A stretch of DNA of 64,000 bases, taken from positions 809-64,808 of the forward strand of contig CALXTQ010000013.1 in the NCBI GenBank assembly GCA_944391485.1. Reading direction: 5' to 3'. Below are positions 27,987-37,245 of the stretch, piece after piece; positions within the stretch are counted from its first letter, which is position 1, and each line of letters starts with the position of its first letter. The position numbers and the translations under genes are program-made. The notes under the pieces are model-generated. The model was not told the origin of the DNA. It searched no databases and saw only the letters and a list, made by a program, of their open reading frames with translations. The stretch is from an uncultured Alphaproteobacteria bacterium. GTDB lineage: Bacteria; Pseudomonadota; Alphaproteobacteria; RF32; CAG-239.

Positions 27987-29430
27987 CGTTAAGAAGGCTC
28001 CCGGCAGGGAGCTTTTTTGACAAAGGCAGTTCGAAGGAAAAACAGCTGCCGCGCCCCGGAACGGAGGATACTTTTATTTTGATGTTCAGGAGTTCCGATA
28101 TTCTTTTTATTATCGATAAACCAAGCCCCGCCCCCATTTTGTTGTTGTCCCGTATGTTTTTGCTCTGGTAAAATTCTTCAAAAATATTGTCAAGCTCGTC
28201 TTTTCCGATGCCGCAGCCGTTGTCCATGACCATGATCCGGAGTATGTTTTTTCTTCTCTTACATCCCAGAAGAACTTTGTTTTCGGCATATTTGAAAGCG
28301 TTGCTCAGAAGATTGCGGATAACCCGTTCAATAAGGACGGGATCGCCGGTTACGGTATGACGGCAGCCGCAGACCAAAAATTTTATATTTTTACTGCGCG
28401 CGATTTCCCGAAATTCTATCAGCAGGCTTTCCAACAGCGTCCCTATATTAAAATCGCGGATTTCCACGGTAAAGCCGCCGGCATCGAGTTTGGAAATGTC
28501 CAGCAGATTGTTCAGAAGATAATTCAGATTGTCTGCCGCCGCATCTATTTTCTGCACTATACTTTTCTGCCTTTTATTTAGTTTTTCTTCTTCAAGCGTC
28601 GAGATGAAAATTTTCAGCGCCTGCATTGGCTGGCGGAGATCGTGGCTTGCCTGAGCAAGAAAATAGGATTTTCCCCGGTTCAGGCTGATTGCTTCCTCAC
28701 GGGCTTTCTCAAGAGCTTTCTGCGTTTCGATCAGGCGGCTCAGATCCTGAAAAGTGCCGGCGATGCGTCTTGATCCGCCGTCGCTGATTATGCCGGCCTG
28801 GAAGCGGCAATAAATGATGTTTCCCGCCGGCTGACGGATCCGAACCTGCCCTTCCACCGGACTGCTTTTTTTTACCAGTTCCCGTAATTTTTCTTTGTAG
28901 AGCGGATAATCTTCTTTGACAATATGCTTCCGGATAAGGTTTTCTTTGCTGGAAATGCCTTTGGGACTTACGCCGAACAGATTGTACATTTCCGCTGACC
29001 AGTAAAGGCGCTTGGCTCTGATGTCAAGCTCCCAGTAGCCCAGTTTTGCCGTTTTCTCGGCAAATTCAAGCCGGGCGGAAATTTTGCCGAGCATATTTGT
29101 CAGCGCGCGGCGTTCGGTAATATCTTCCAGACACAAGATAACGCTGTTTTCCAGCGGATACAGGTAAATGTTAAATTCCCGTCCGCGGATATTGAGCAGC
29201 AGATACGCCGGAAATGATGTATGCAGAGAACCTAGTATTTCCGGGTATAACGCAGAGACAGCCTCGGAAGAAAAATAATCGGACAAACGGCTGCCGTTGA
29301 GCTCGGGAGTATCGAAAAAAGCCGCGGCTTTGCGGTTATGGCTGAGTATCCGTCCGTAAGCGTCGGTTTCTATGAATATGTTTGTCGAAATATCAAGCAG
29401 AAAACGTAATTTTTTATTTTCTTCTCTCAT
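27979..29430 (-). CDS. PAS-domain sensor histidine kinase (no receiver domain)
   Basis: 483 aa; two PAS-like segments; H-box ASHDLRQPMQ; HATPase N/G boxes (NLLSNAFKYA, MDNGCGIG, GAGLGLSI). Confidence 0.8.
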   Translation of the reverse strand: MREENKKLRFLLDISTNIFIETDAYGRILSHNRKAAAFFDTPELNGSRLSDYFSSEAVSALYPEILGSLHTSFPAYLLLNIRGREFNIYLYPLENSVILCLEDITERRALTNMLGKISARLEFAEKTAKLGYWELDIRAKRLYWSAEMYNLFGVSPKGISSKENLIRKHIVKEDYPLYKEKLRELVKKSSPVEGQVRIRQPAGNIIYCRFQAGIISDGGSRRIAGTFQDLSRLIETQKALEKAREEAISLNRGKSYFLAQASHDLRQPMQALKIFISTLEEEKLNKRQKSIVQKIDAAADNLNYLLNNLLDISKLDAGGFTVEIRDFNIGTLLESLLIEFREIARSKNIKFLVCGCRHTVTGDPVLIERVIRNLLSNAFKYAENKVLLGCKRRKNILRIMVMDNGCGIGKDELDNIFEEFYQSKNIRDNNKMGAGLGLSIIKRISELLNIKIKVSSVPGRGSCFSFELPLSKKLPAGSLLNVN

Positions 29431-29438
29431 TACCCGGT

Positions 29439-30371
29439 CTATTCAAGCGCAAAATTGAACAATTTGCTGCCGATGATGGGAGATATCTGAAAATACCATC
29501 CGTCATACAGAAAGGCATTGTTCTTTATATAATCACTTGTTTCCGTGGTTGGTAGGTTTGTTGCCGACAAAGTTATTTTCAGAAAATAATTTTCTCCGTT
29601 TTTGAAGGTATTCAGGCCGGTAATCAGTCCGTCGTATGTTGTCAGGGTCAGAGTTTTATTTTCAGAATACCGAGTTTCATCAAAATTCTGCACAGAAAGA
29701 ACTTTTTCAGCGGGAACATACCTCAGGCTGTTGAACAAACCGTCCAAACGGATTTCCTTTGTTCTCTGCGCGGTTTTTACGCTGAAAGGCAGACCTGTTT
29801 CCGGGCGGACAGCCTCCCCGTCCCCGACGGCAACCGACAGAATTCTGCCCGGTTCAACGGCAAGGATCGGCTGCTTGACCCAGGAAGCCAGAGTTGTCGG
29901 AAACTGAAAGCCGGCACTGATAAAAGAAGCTTTGTTATCAGTTGATTTTATGTAATATTCTCTATTTTTAGAAACAAAAGCAACGTTGTTCAAAAGGTTT
30001 CCGTCTTTGCCGGACAAGATTATCCGGGTTGTCAGGCCATTTTCCGAATCCGTTATTTCCTTTGTCTTTCCCGTGTAGGCTGCCGAACGGATATTATCAA
30101 AGAGACGGTTTATCAGCGCGTAATCGGCGAAATAATTATCCGCCTCCCGAACGCGCCAGAGATTGTCTTCTAACGCAAGACTGACCTTCAGAGACGGTGT
30201 TTCAATATTTATGAGCGCCAGTTCGTGAAATTTCTGAATCGCGTTGGCAAAAACCAGACGGCCCGCTTTTTTTTCATTTTCCGATCTGAGGCCGGTCCAG
30301 ACGGCGCTTCCGGCAAAAAGACCAGACAACAGCAATACCCAGAAAGCCTTTTTAAGATATTTTTTCATCAT
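29439..30371 (-). CDS. DUF4340-like periplasmic protein accompanying the GldG-type ABC transporter
   Basis: 310 aa with N-terminal anchor; position immediately after the GldG-like gene, as is typical for DUF4340. Confidence 0.45.
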   Translation of the reverse strand: MMKKYLKKAFWVLLLSGLFAGSAVWTGLRSENEKKAGRLVFANAIQKFHELALINIETPSLKVSLALEDNLWRVREADNYFADYALINRLFDNIRSAAYTGKTKEITDSENGLTTRIILSGKDGNLLNNVAFVSKNREYYIKSTDNKASFISAGFQFPTTLASWVKQPILAVEPGRILSVAVGDGEAVRPETGLPFSVKTAQRTKEIRLDGLFNSLRYVPAEKVLSVQNFDETRYSENKTLTLTTYDGLITGLNTFKNGENYFLKITLSATNLPTTETSDYIKNNAFLYDGWYFQISPIIGSKLFNFALE

Positions 30372-32253
30372 TCAGAATCTCCCGGATTTTTCTTCTGCCG
30401 CGCAGAAACAGCAAGGATGCGCCGGCCCAGACGACCAGAACCAGCAACAGCGGAATTATGGCGCAATTGGTCAGGATTATGCCGGAAATTTTGTCATCGT
30501 ATTCTTTTTTCATAAGATAATCCAGGCGCTTGATCTGCTGCCGGAGCGCGGCGGCCGTTTTTTTATTTTGCTCGAGTTTTTGCAAAAGCGGCATTGACAG
30601 AACCAGCTGTTTGTTTCTGACCTCTTCTTCCAGAAAATCGTTTTCGTTTTGCAGCTGTTCCAGTTTTGTCGTGAGGCCGGAATATTCGCCGGTCCGGACG
30701 GCATAAATTTTTTCATAGAGGCTGAGGGCTATGCTTTTTTCCGCGTTCAGCGCCGTTTTGTCCCGTATGGACGCCAGATCTTTTTGTCCGGAAAGGTAAT
30801 CCAGACTTCGCAGTAGAAGAGCGCCGTTATCCGCCGCCGGCACAATGCCGTGAAACCGCGTTGTATCGGAATTTTCCCCGTCGACCCAGTTTTCGTCAAA
30901 CAAGAGGTCGCTGTCGGCAATGATTATGATTTCCGATCGGCTGACGGAGCGCGCGATGAACGGCAGAATTCTGTTTTCGTATGCGGTTCCGGCCAGGATA
31001 TTGTCCGTGAAGGCCGAATCAAAATATCCTTCTGTCAAAATACCCAGCGTGTAGAGCTCGCCGCTTTTTTCAAATCCGTCGAGGTTCTGCTTCAGGGTGT
31101 TATAGGCGTAATCGCCGCTGTCTGTCAGCCCGCTGTTATTCGTGGTCTGCAGCAGAGGCGTTATCGGGTTCTCGCCACCGAGGATAACCAGATGTCCGGG
31201 CGTTCCTAGATTTATGCTTCCGATACCGCGCGTTATCGGCGCCTGCTGGTTTATCTGTTTTGCCGTCAGGTGAAGCTGATAAGGGTAATTCTTCAGCTGT
31301 TCTCCGATATACACCGGCTGTCCGAGAACTGAATCTCCGACGATGTTTTCCGTATCAAAGGAGACTCCCAGGTTTCGGAGCAACAGATTGATGTTTGCGC
31401 TTCCTTGCGGCTGAGGTCCGGTGCTTTCCGCCGTCTTCTGCGAAAAAGGATCCAGAAACAGCAGCAGCTTTCCGCCTCTCAAGATAAACTGATCAAGCGC
31501 ATAAACAAACAGTTTGGAGACACGGTCGGGATTTATAACAACCAAAATATCTATATCCGACGGGATTTGGACGGTTTCGGCAGATATTTCCTTTACGTTG
31601 TAGCCGTTTTTGATGAGCTGCATAAAGGCCGGTACTTCTCCTTGTTTTTCACCGTATCTTTTTCCGTTGAGGTTAAACGTCGGCGCGACAAGACCCACTG
31701 TTTTTTTCCGAGAGGCATTCAGGACAGACAGGGCTCTGCCGATGTCATTTTCCAGCAGGGAAGCCCGCTGCGGCAGCAATAAGGGAATGGTATAATTGCT
31801 GCCGTTATTGCTGCGGAAAAACAGGCCGAAATAGAGGCTGTTCTGTCCGGTGCTGTCGGTAAACGGAACAATACCCGCCCGGACGGCTTCTTCCTCCGTC
31901 AGGCTGTATGGCTCCGGATTTTTGATATCAATGCTTATTTTACCAGCCGACAGGGTTTTGACGCTGTTTAAAACATCAGAAACAAAAGCGGAATATTGGT
32001 AAAGAGGCGGGTTTTCTTTTGCCAGGCTTCTGGACAGGAATAATGTTATGTCGACCGGCTGTTCCAGATTTCCGATAATATTTTCCGCGGCGCGGGACAA
32101 AGTATATTTGGCATTATCGGTCAGATCGGCTTTCCATCTGCCGAAATATAAGGCGCTTCCTATGTTGACGCAGATGAAAATCAGGATCAGGACCGCGGTA
32201 AAGACAAGGAGGCCGAAACCGCGGTTAAGCATGTTTTTGCGACAGTCTTTCAT
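30352..32253 (-). CDS. GldG-like ABC-transporter auxiliary component (large periplasmic domain between N- and C-terminal TM helices)
   Basis: ORF extends to 32322, but the likely start MKDCRKNM gives ~633 aa; N-terminal TM, C-terminal TM followed by basic tail; ABC_transp_aux-like architecture. Confidence 0.6.
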   Translation of the reverse strand: MKDCRKNMLNRGFGLLVFTAVLILIFICVNIGSALYFGRWKADLTDNAKYTLSRAAENIIGNLEQPVDITLFLSRSLAKENPPLYQYSAFVSDVLNSVKTLSAGKISIDIKNPEPYSLTEEEAVRAGIVPFTDSTGQNSLYFGLFFRSNNGSNYTIPLLLPQRASLLENDIGRALSVLNASRKKTVGLVAPTFNLNGKRYGEKQGEVPAFMQLIKNGYNVKEISAETVQIPSDIDILVVINPDRVSKLFVYALDQFILRGGKLLLFLDPFSQKTAESTGPQPQGSANINLLLRNLGVSFDTENIVGDSVLGQPVYIGEQLKNYPYQLHLTAKQINQQAPITRGIGSINLGTPGHLVILGGENPITPLLQTTNNSGLTDSGDYAYNTLKQNLDGFEKSGELYTLGILTEGYFDSAFTDNILAGTAYENRILPFIARSVSRSEIIIIADSDLLFDENWVDGENSDTTRFHGIVPAADNGALLLRSLDYLSGQKDLASIRDKTALNAEKSIALSLYEKIYAVRTGEYSGLTTKLEQLQNENDFLEEEVRNKQLVLSMPLLQKLEQNKKTAAALRQQIKRLDYLMKKEYDDKISGIILTNCAIIPLLLVLVVWAGASLLFLRGRRKIREILNDEKIS

Positions 32254-32257
32254 GGCA

Positions 32258-32992
32258 TTACCCCTTTTTATGTTCCACAGCCGCGAGATTGAGCCACAGG
32301 GACAAAACAATGACAACGGCAAAGTAGATCAGGCTGTCTGTTCCCGGATGTCCGGAGAAAAAATCCTGCAGATGTTTTGAAAAATTGAGCGCCTGCGTTA
32401 TTTTTATCAGCAGTTCGTCCGAGAAGGCCGCCGCACCGCCGAAGACGGAACTGAGATCCAGACTGCTCAGTCCCCAGCAGACGAAGACCGACATAATATA
32501 TGTGATGACCGGGTTTTTGTTAAAAGACGAAACCATGCAGCCAAGGGCGCAGAAAGCTCCTCCGGCCAGCAGACAGCCCAGATATCCGGAAAGAATATTC
32601 AGATTATCGACTGCGGCAAGGACGGCCGTGCTCAGCCACAAAGGCGTTGTCAAAATCAGCATCAGCAAAACAAAGATCCAGGCCGCGGCAAATTTTGCAA
32701 GGACCACGAGAAGATAACCGACTGGCTGGGTGAGAAGAAATTCAATTGTGCCGGAACGTCTCTCATCCGCCCAGGACCGCATGGTCAGCGCGGGAACCAG
32801 CAAAGCCAGAATTTCGGGCTGGAATCTGAAAAAAGAGATAAGGCCGGCATTGTTCAGCTGAAAATAACCGCCGAAATAAAAAGTCGCCACCATGGACAGG
32901 ACAAGATAAACGGCCAGCATGACATAGGCGGCGTAAGTTTTGAAAAAGGCTGCGAAATCCCTGCGAAAAACGGCTGAAAACTGTCGCGTCAT
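32258..32992 (-). CDS. ABC-2 family transporter permease (GldF-like)
   Basis: 244 aa, 6 TM, follows the ATPase with a 1-nt overlap. Confidence 0.7.
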   Translation of the reverse strand: MTRQFSAVFRRDFAAFFKTYAAYVMLAVYLVLSMVATFYFGGYFQLNNAGLISFFRFQPEILALLVPALTMRSWADERRSGTIEFLLTQPVGYLLVVLAKFAAAWIFVLLMLILTTPLWLSTAVLAAVDNLNILSGYLGCLLAGGAFCALGCMVSSFNKNPVITYIMSVFVCWGLSSLDLSSVFGGAAAFSDELLIKITQALNFSKHLQDFFSGHPGTDSLIYFAVVIVLSLWLNLAAVEHKKG

Positions 32993-33708
32993 TATATGCC
33001 TCCGGTAAGTTGTCTGAAAGCTTCGGCGATGCCGCCGCGGGGCGAAATTTTTTCAAGCTCTTCGGGAGACGTGTCGCGCACCAGTTTCCCCCGGTTAAGC
33101 AAAATGACTCTGGAGGCGACGGCATCCACCTCCTCCATAATATGCGTGGAAACCAAAACCAGATTTCTGGCGCCGTATTCTTTTATAAAAGCCCGCATTT
33201 CTTCTTTCTGGTTAGGGTCCAGTCCTTCCGTCGGTTCGTCAAGAATCAGGACTTTCGGTTTGTGGAGCATGGCCGCGGCAACGGCAGTTCGGCGGCGGAA
33301 ACCTTTGGACAGCGTTTCGGTCCTTTGTCCGAGAACTCTGTCCAGCTCCAGCCGGCTGACCACTTCGGCCAGATTGTTTCGGAAGTCTGTGCGGGACAAA
33401 CCGCGGAGTGTCGCCGTAAAGGACAAAAAATCGAATACCGTCATCTCCTGATAGAGAGGCGCATTTTCCGGAACATATCCGATTTTTCGCGCCGCCTCGA
33501 CTCTTTCTTCGGCCACATTATGCCCACAGATAACGGTTTCGCCGCAGTCCGGTGTCAGAAACCCGGTCAGCAGTCGCATCAGCGTTGATTTTCCGGCGCC
33601 GTTGGGACCAAGCAGCGCTACAACTTCTCCTTTGTTTATGAAGAAGTTGACGTTATCGACGGCGCGAATGTTTCCAAAGCTTTTGGACAGGTTTTTGGCG
33701 GTTATCAT
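32992..33708 (-). CDS. ABC transporter ATP-binding protein (GldA-like)
   Basis: Walker A GPNGAGKST, signature LSKGFRRR, Walker B LILDEPT. Confidence 0.85.
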   Translation of the reverse strand: MITAKNLSKSFGNIRAVDNVNFFINKGEVVALLGPNGAGKSTLMRLLTGFLTPDCGETVICGHNVAEERVEAARKIGYVPENAPLYQEMTVFDFLSFTATLRGLSRTDFRNNLAEVVSRLELDRVLGQRTETLSKGFRRRTAVAAAMLHKPKVLILDEPTEGLDPNQKEEMRAFIKEYGARNLVLVSTHIMEEVDAVASRVILLNRGKLVRDTSPEELEKISPRGGIAEAFRQLTGGI

Positions 33709-33839
33709 TTTCCGGTTTCTCTTCTTTAGTTTGTTTCATTCTAACAAAATAATTTTAAATTTTAACAACTATTTTCATTTTTCAAAATGTTTGATGACAA
33801 AATGTTTATTTTACTTTATTTATATAGTAAACGCTTATT

Positions 33840-34388
33840 TTGAATACGGAGTTGAGACAATTGAAAGAAGCATATTCCAAAGAAGAGGAAAAATCGTTGA
33901 AAGTCGGTTTGTATGTGGCTTTTGCCCTGATTGCCGGCATTTTGTACTTTACTCTCGGGCGCAATGACATTACCCATGCCGAAGACGGCAAATATTATGC
34001 CGTTAACGCCCGCTTCGGACGGACGGACGGTCTGCTGGTCGGCGACAAGGTGCGTCTGGCCGGCATTACGATAGGACGGGTCATGGACGCAAAGCTTGAC
34101 GAGCATTTTAATGCTATTATGACGCTGGAGGTCAAGGACGGCATCAATATTCCCGACGACAGCAGCGCCTCCATCGTGAGCTCCGGTTTGATGGGGTCTA
34201 AATATATTGAGATTGAGCCAGGCGGGTCGGAAGACTTTATCCAGCCCGGCGGCGAGTTCAACTATACGCAGGACGCCATGGTCATCGAAGAGCTTCTCGA
34301 CCGCATTGTCAGTATCGGAAAGGCAAACAGAAGCAAAACTGCCGATGAAAAGGTCAAGGCTATGGAAAAAGAATTTGAAATGGACTAA
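33840..34388 (+). CDS. MlaD/MCE-domain protein (paralog 1)
   Basis: 182 aa; N-terminal TM then MCE domain (VRLAGITIGRV...). Confidence 0.7.
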   Translation: MNTELRQLKEAYSKEEEKSLKVGLYVAFALIAGILYFTLGRNDITHAEDGKYYAVNARFGRTDGLLVGDKVRLAGITIGRVMDAKLDEHFNAIMTLEVKDGINIPDDSSASIVSSGLMGSKYIEIEPGGSEDFIQPGGEFNYTQDAMVIEELLDRIVSIGKANRSKTADEKVKAMEKEFEMD

Positions 34389-34415
34389 ACACGAGTTTGT
34401 ATTGAGGAGAGTTTT

Positions 34416-34874
34416 ATGAATAAGAAGCCAGTAGAGACGATTATGGGGATCGTTGTTGTTTTTGTCGCCGCTTTCTTCCTGTTTTTTGCATACAGGGTTT
34501 CAGATCTGCAGGTCGTTAAGGGATATGAAGTTACGGCCAAATTTTTAAAAGTTGGCGGTCTAAATGTTGGTTCCGACGTCAGAATCAACGGAATCAAGGT
34601 TGGCACCGTTACCTCTCAAAAACTTGAAAAAGATGATTATATTGCCGAGGTCAAAATGAGTCTGGCTCCGGATATCAGCCTGCCCGTCGACAGCGTGGCC
34701 GCCATTGTCAGCGACGGTCTGGTCGGGGATAAATTTATCAAGATAGAACCGGGAAAAGCCAAGGATATTTTGAAAAACGGCGATATTTTGGCCAATACCA
34801 AGGACTTTAAAACTCTGGAGGATATGGTCGGAGAGATCATATTTATGGTGACAGACAATGGTGAGAGCAAATAG
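34416..34874 (+). CDS. MlaD/MCE-domain protein (paralog 2)
   Basis: 152 aa; N-terminal TM then MCE domain (VRINGIKVGTV...). Confidence 0.7.
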   Translation: MNKKPVETIMGIVVVFVAAFFLFFAYRVSDLQVVKGYEVTAKFLKVGGLNVGSDVRINGIKVGTVTSQKLEKDDYIAEVKMSLAPDISLPVDSVAAIVSDGLVGDKFIKIEPGKAKDILKNGDILANTKDFKTLEDMVGEIIFMVTDNGESK

Positions 34875-35937
34875 ACTTCTTCTGGGCAGTATTTTATGCT
34901 CGGGACTTCTGGCGGTATCCGCTTCGGCTGAGGAAATCGAGAAAAATACCGCGCAAATGCAGGCTATGGATAAAATTACGGGCCGGGTCAGCGTTATTGA
35001 CGTTCCGGTTAACGGCGAGGTCAGGTTTGGCAGTTTTTCCATTGTCGTCCGCGCCTGTAAGACGACTCCTCCCGAGGAAACTCCTGAAAATTATGCTTTT
35101 GTCGATGTGGCTGACAGCTCGTTCGGCAAAATGCAGTTTAATATCTTCAAGGGCTGGATGATGTCTTCCTCTCCGGCCCTGAATGCCGTCGAACATCCTA
35201 TTTATGATGTCTGGCTCCTGAAATGCCATGATACCAAGGTTGAGGCTTCCGCTCTTTTGTCGCCGGAAGCTTTGCAGGATCGCGACGCTCTCCCGAAACT
35301 CGAGGATATTAAACGGGATGACGATAATGAGAAAAAAACTCCCGAAACGATAGGAAAAACGCCGGAAGACAGCGCGCCGGCTCTGCCTCAGGAAAGTAAC
35401 CCGGAGGAAAGCGCGGCGGCTGAACAGGCAGAACCCGGCGTTCAGCCGGCCGATGAGCCGACCTCTTCTCCGGATGCCGCCGCGGAAAACAAGCCTGACG
35501 ACGGAGCGCCGCAGTCATTGATCAATATTCAGGTTATTGAAGCGGAAAAAGCCGCGGAAGCAAAGAAAGCCGCGCAGCCCGAGATTATTCCGTCTCAGGC
35601 CGGAGAAACATCAAAGGCCTCTTCGGCTCTGCCTCCGGTTCCTCAAATTCCCGGCGTAACGACGGAAACGGATATGCAGCCGGTTGTGATGGAAAAAGAA
35701 GTTATTGAAGAAGACGGCAATACGCCTTCGGAAACGTCTCAAAATCAGGCAGCCGCGGAGACAGAGCCTGTCAAGGTCCCCGAAAGCGAGAATGCTCTGG
35801 TGCCGCCGGTTTCTTCCCGGTCCGAAGATGCGGAAATTGTGGAAGAAGAGGATCAGTTTATCGATTTCAGCGGCGAAGCGGACAGTCTGAAAGATCTGGA
35901 AGCGGAATTAAGCGCGGAAGCTCTGAAAGACGAATAA
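34858..35937 (+). CDS. DUF2155-like periplasmic protein with ~230-aa acidic, Pro/Glu/Ala-rich C-terminal extension
   Basis: signal peptide; N-terminal ~130-aa globular domain (DKITGR...VVRACKTTPPEETPENYAFVDV); low-complexity tail. Confidence 0.5.
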   Translation: MVRANRLLLGSILCSGLLAVSASAEEIEKNTAQMQAMDKITGRVSVIDVPVNGEVRFGSFSIVVRACKTTPPEETPENYAFVDVADSSFGKMQFNIFKGWMMSSSPALNAVEHPIYDVWLLKCHDTKVEASALLSPEALQDRDALPKLEDIKRDDDNEKKTPETIGKTPEDSAPALPQESNPEESAAAEQAEPGVQPADEPTSSPDAAAENKPDDGAPQSLINIQVIEAEKAAEAKKAAQPEIIPSQAGETSKASSALPPVPQIPGVTTETDMQPVVMEKEVIEEDGNTPSETSQNQAAAETEPVKVPESENALVPPVSSRSEDAEIVEEEDQFIDFSGEADSLKDLEAELSAEALKDE

Positions 35938-35960
35938 AACAAAAAGCTTATAGATAATTA

Positions 35961-35998
35961 GAACAGCATTTCCGAAAGGATGCTGTTCTTTTTGTTTT
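35961..35998 (+). terminator. rho-independent terminator after the DUF2155 gene
   Basis: GAACAGCAT-loop-ATGCTGTTC followed by TTTTTGTTTT. Confidence 0.6.
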
Positions 35999-36035
35999 GA
36001 CGACATATATAAATTTTCGCAAAAGGAGGTTCAGG

Positions 36036-36581
36036 ATGCCAAGCGAAAATATTGCCGTTTCAAAACGCAGAAGCCGTTCCCGCCCGTTGGTCCGGGTTTC
36101 GGATCTGATGCAGGATGATTATGAATATGAACTGAGCGAACCGGTGGGAAAAAATTTCAGCCCGGATTTTCTTCCGGATCTGACGCCTGTCGAAATGTTG
36201 AATATGGGCGTGTTTGAGGGAAAATACCTCAACGACTGCCTGCATGAATTTCCGGACAGCTGGTTTGAAAATGCTCAGCTTTCGCCTAAGGTGGCGGATA
36301 CGGATAAAAATTTTTTCCATGTCAAATCACGCCTGTCCCTTTCTGAATGGCGCCGCCGGGGCTGGATTGTCGGCCCGGATCCGAGAGGCTGGTTTCAATG
36401 GTACTGCCGGTATTATTATGGTCGCCGGCTGCCGGAAGTTGACAATATTCAGATAAAACGCTGGAAATCTTTTGTGCGGCATAAGGCGCAGATAGAAAAA
36501 AACTGCTATTTCGGCGATCTTAACTGCCGGGCAAGGCAGCGCCAGGCTTTGCTGCAATGGGCTTATAATCCGTTTTTTTAG
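36036..36581 (+). CDS. conserved hypothetical protein with W/R/Y-rich C-terminal module (RGWFQWYCRYYYGRR...QIKRWKSFVRH)
   Basis: strong RBS AAGGAGG 7 nt upstream of ATG at 36036; no recognisable catalytic motif; RWKSFVRH resembles an Rx6H HEPN-like pattern (weak). Confidence 0.5.
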   Translation: MPSENIAVSKRRSRSRPLVRVSDLMQDDYEYELSEPVGKNFSPDFLPDLTPVEMLNMGVFEGKYLNDCLHEFPDSWFENAQLSPKVADTDKNFFHVKSRLSLSEWRRRGWIVGPDPRGWFQWYCRYYYGRRLPEVDNIQIKRWKSFVRHKAQIEKNCYFGDLNCRARQRQALLQWAYNPFF

Positions 36582-36596
36582 CATTATGGGGAAAAT

Positions 36597-37187
36597 ATGA
36601 CGACAGGAAAAGACGAAAGAAGTCTTTCTGTTTCTGCGGTTGTTAAACAGAAAGACAATTATGTTTTTGTGATCAGAGAACCGGATTTATGGGAAAAAGA
36701 TGCGGACGGCCGCATTATTTTGCCTTTTGGAACCATAGAAAGCAGAATCAGGAAAGGCGAAGACGCTGCCGCGGCTCTGGAAAGAAAGTTCCGGGAAGAG
36801 ACCGGCGCGGACGTAAAAATACTCAATTCGCAGACATCGCACTTTATTTATAACGGCGCCGTTGACGAAGTCAGCGTTACGGCCAAAAGCAACAGGCCGC
36901 TTTTTATTTATAAAAACGAAGAGGAAAAAAAGAAAAAATATTCTTATGTCTTTTCTTTCCTGGCGACGGCGGATAATATCGAAACGGTTTTACCGCGCCG
37001 AAAGCCGGCGATTATCCTGATGAACAAAAAACTGCTTAACAAAGCCGTCAAAGGAAAGCTGAGCCTGCGGGAACTGAAAGCCAGAGGAGGAAAGATCATT
37101 TCAAATATGGAACTGCCGGAAGATGCCGTTCTGGCTCCTACCCCTGCCCCACGCGGCATTTATCTCTGCGGCGGCAACTGTCGGTAA
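36597..37187 (+). CDS. Nudix-fold protein with variant Nudix box
   Basis: GEDAAAALERKFREETGA aligns to the Nudix box Ex7REUxEExGU, with the RE Glu replaced by Lys and the leading Gly displaced. Confidence 0.45.
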   Translation: MTTGKDERSLSVSAVVKQKDNYVFVIREPDLWEKDADGRIILPFGTIESRIRKGEDAAAALERKFREETGADVKILNSQTSHFIYNGAVDEVSVTAKSNRPLFIYKNEEEKKKKYSYVFSFLATADNIETVLPRRKPAIILMNKKLLNKAVKGKLSLRELKARGGKIISNMELPEDAVLAPTPAPRGIYLCGGNCR

Positions 37188-37245
37188 TGCCTTTCGGGCA
37201 GATTTGCGGCAATATCCCCGTAAAAATCGAAAATTATGTTGAGTT

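Noticed and set aside
33010-33588. 192-aa plus-strand ORF antisense to the GldA-like ATPase
   Set aside because: It is fully embedded in a well-supported ABC ATPase gene and has no motif.
34858-35937. Acidic Pro/Glu-rich tail of the DUF2155-like protein as a possible tandem repeat array at the DNA level
   Set aside because: The nucleotide sequence shows compositional bias but no exact tandem repeats; I treated it as protein low-complexity only.
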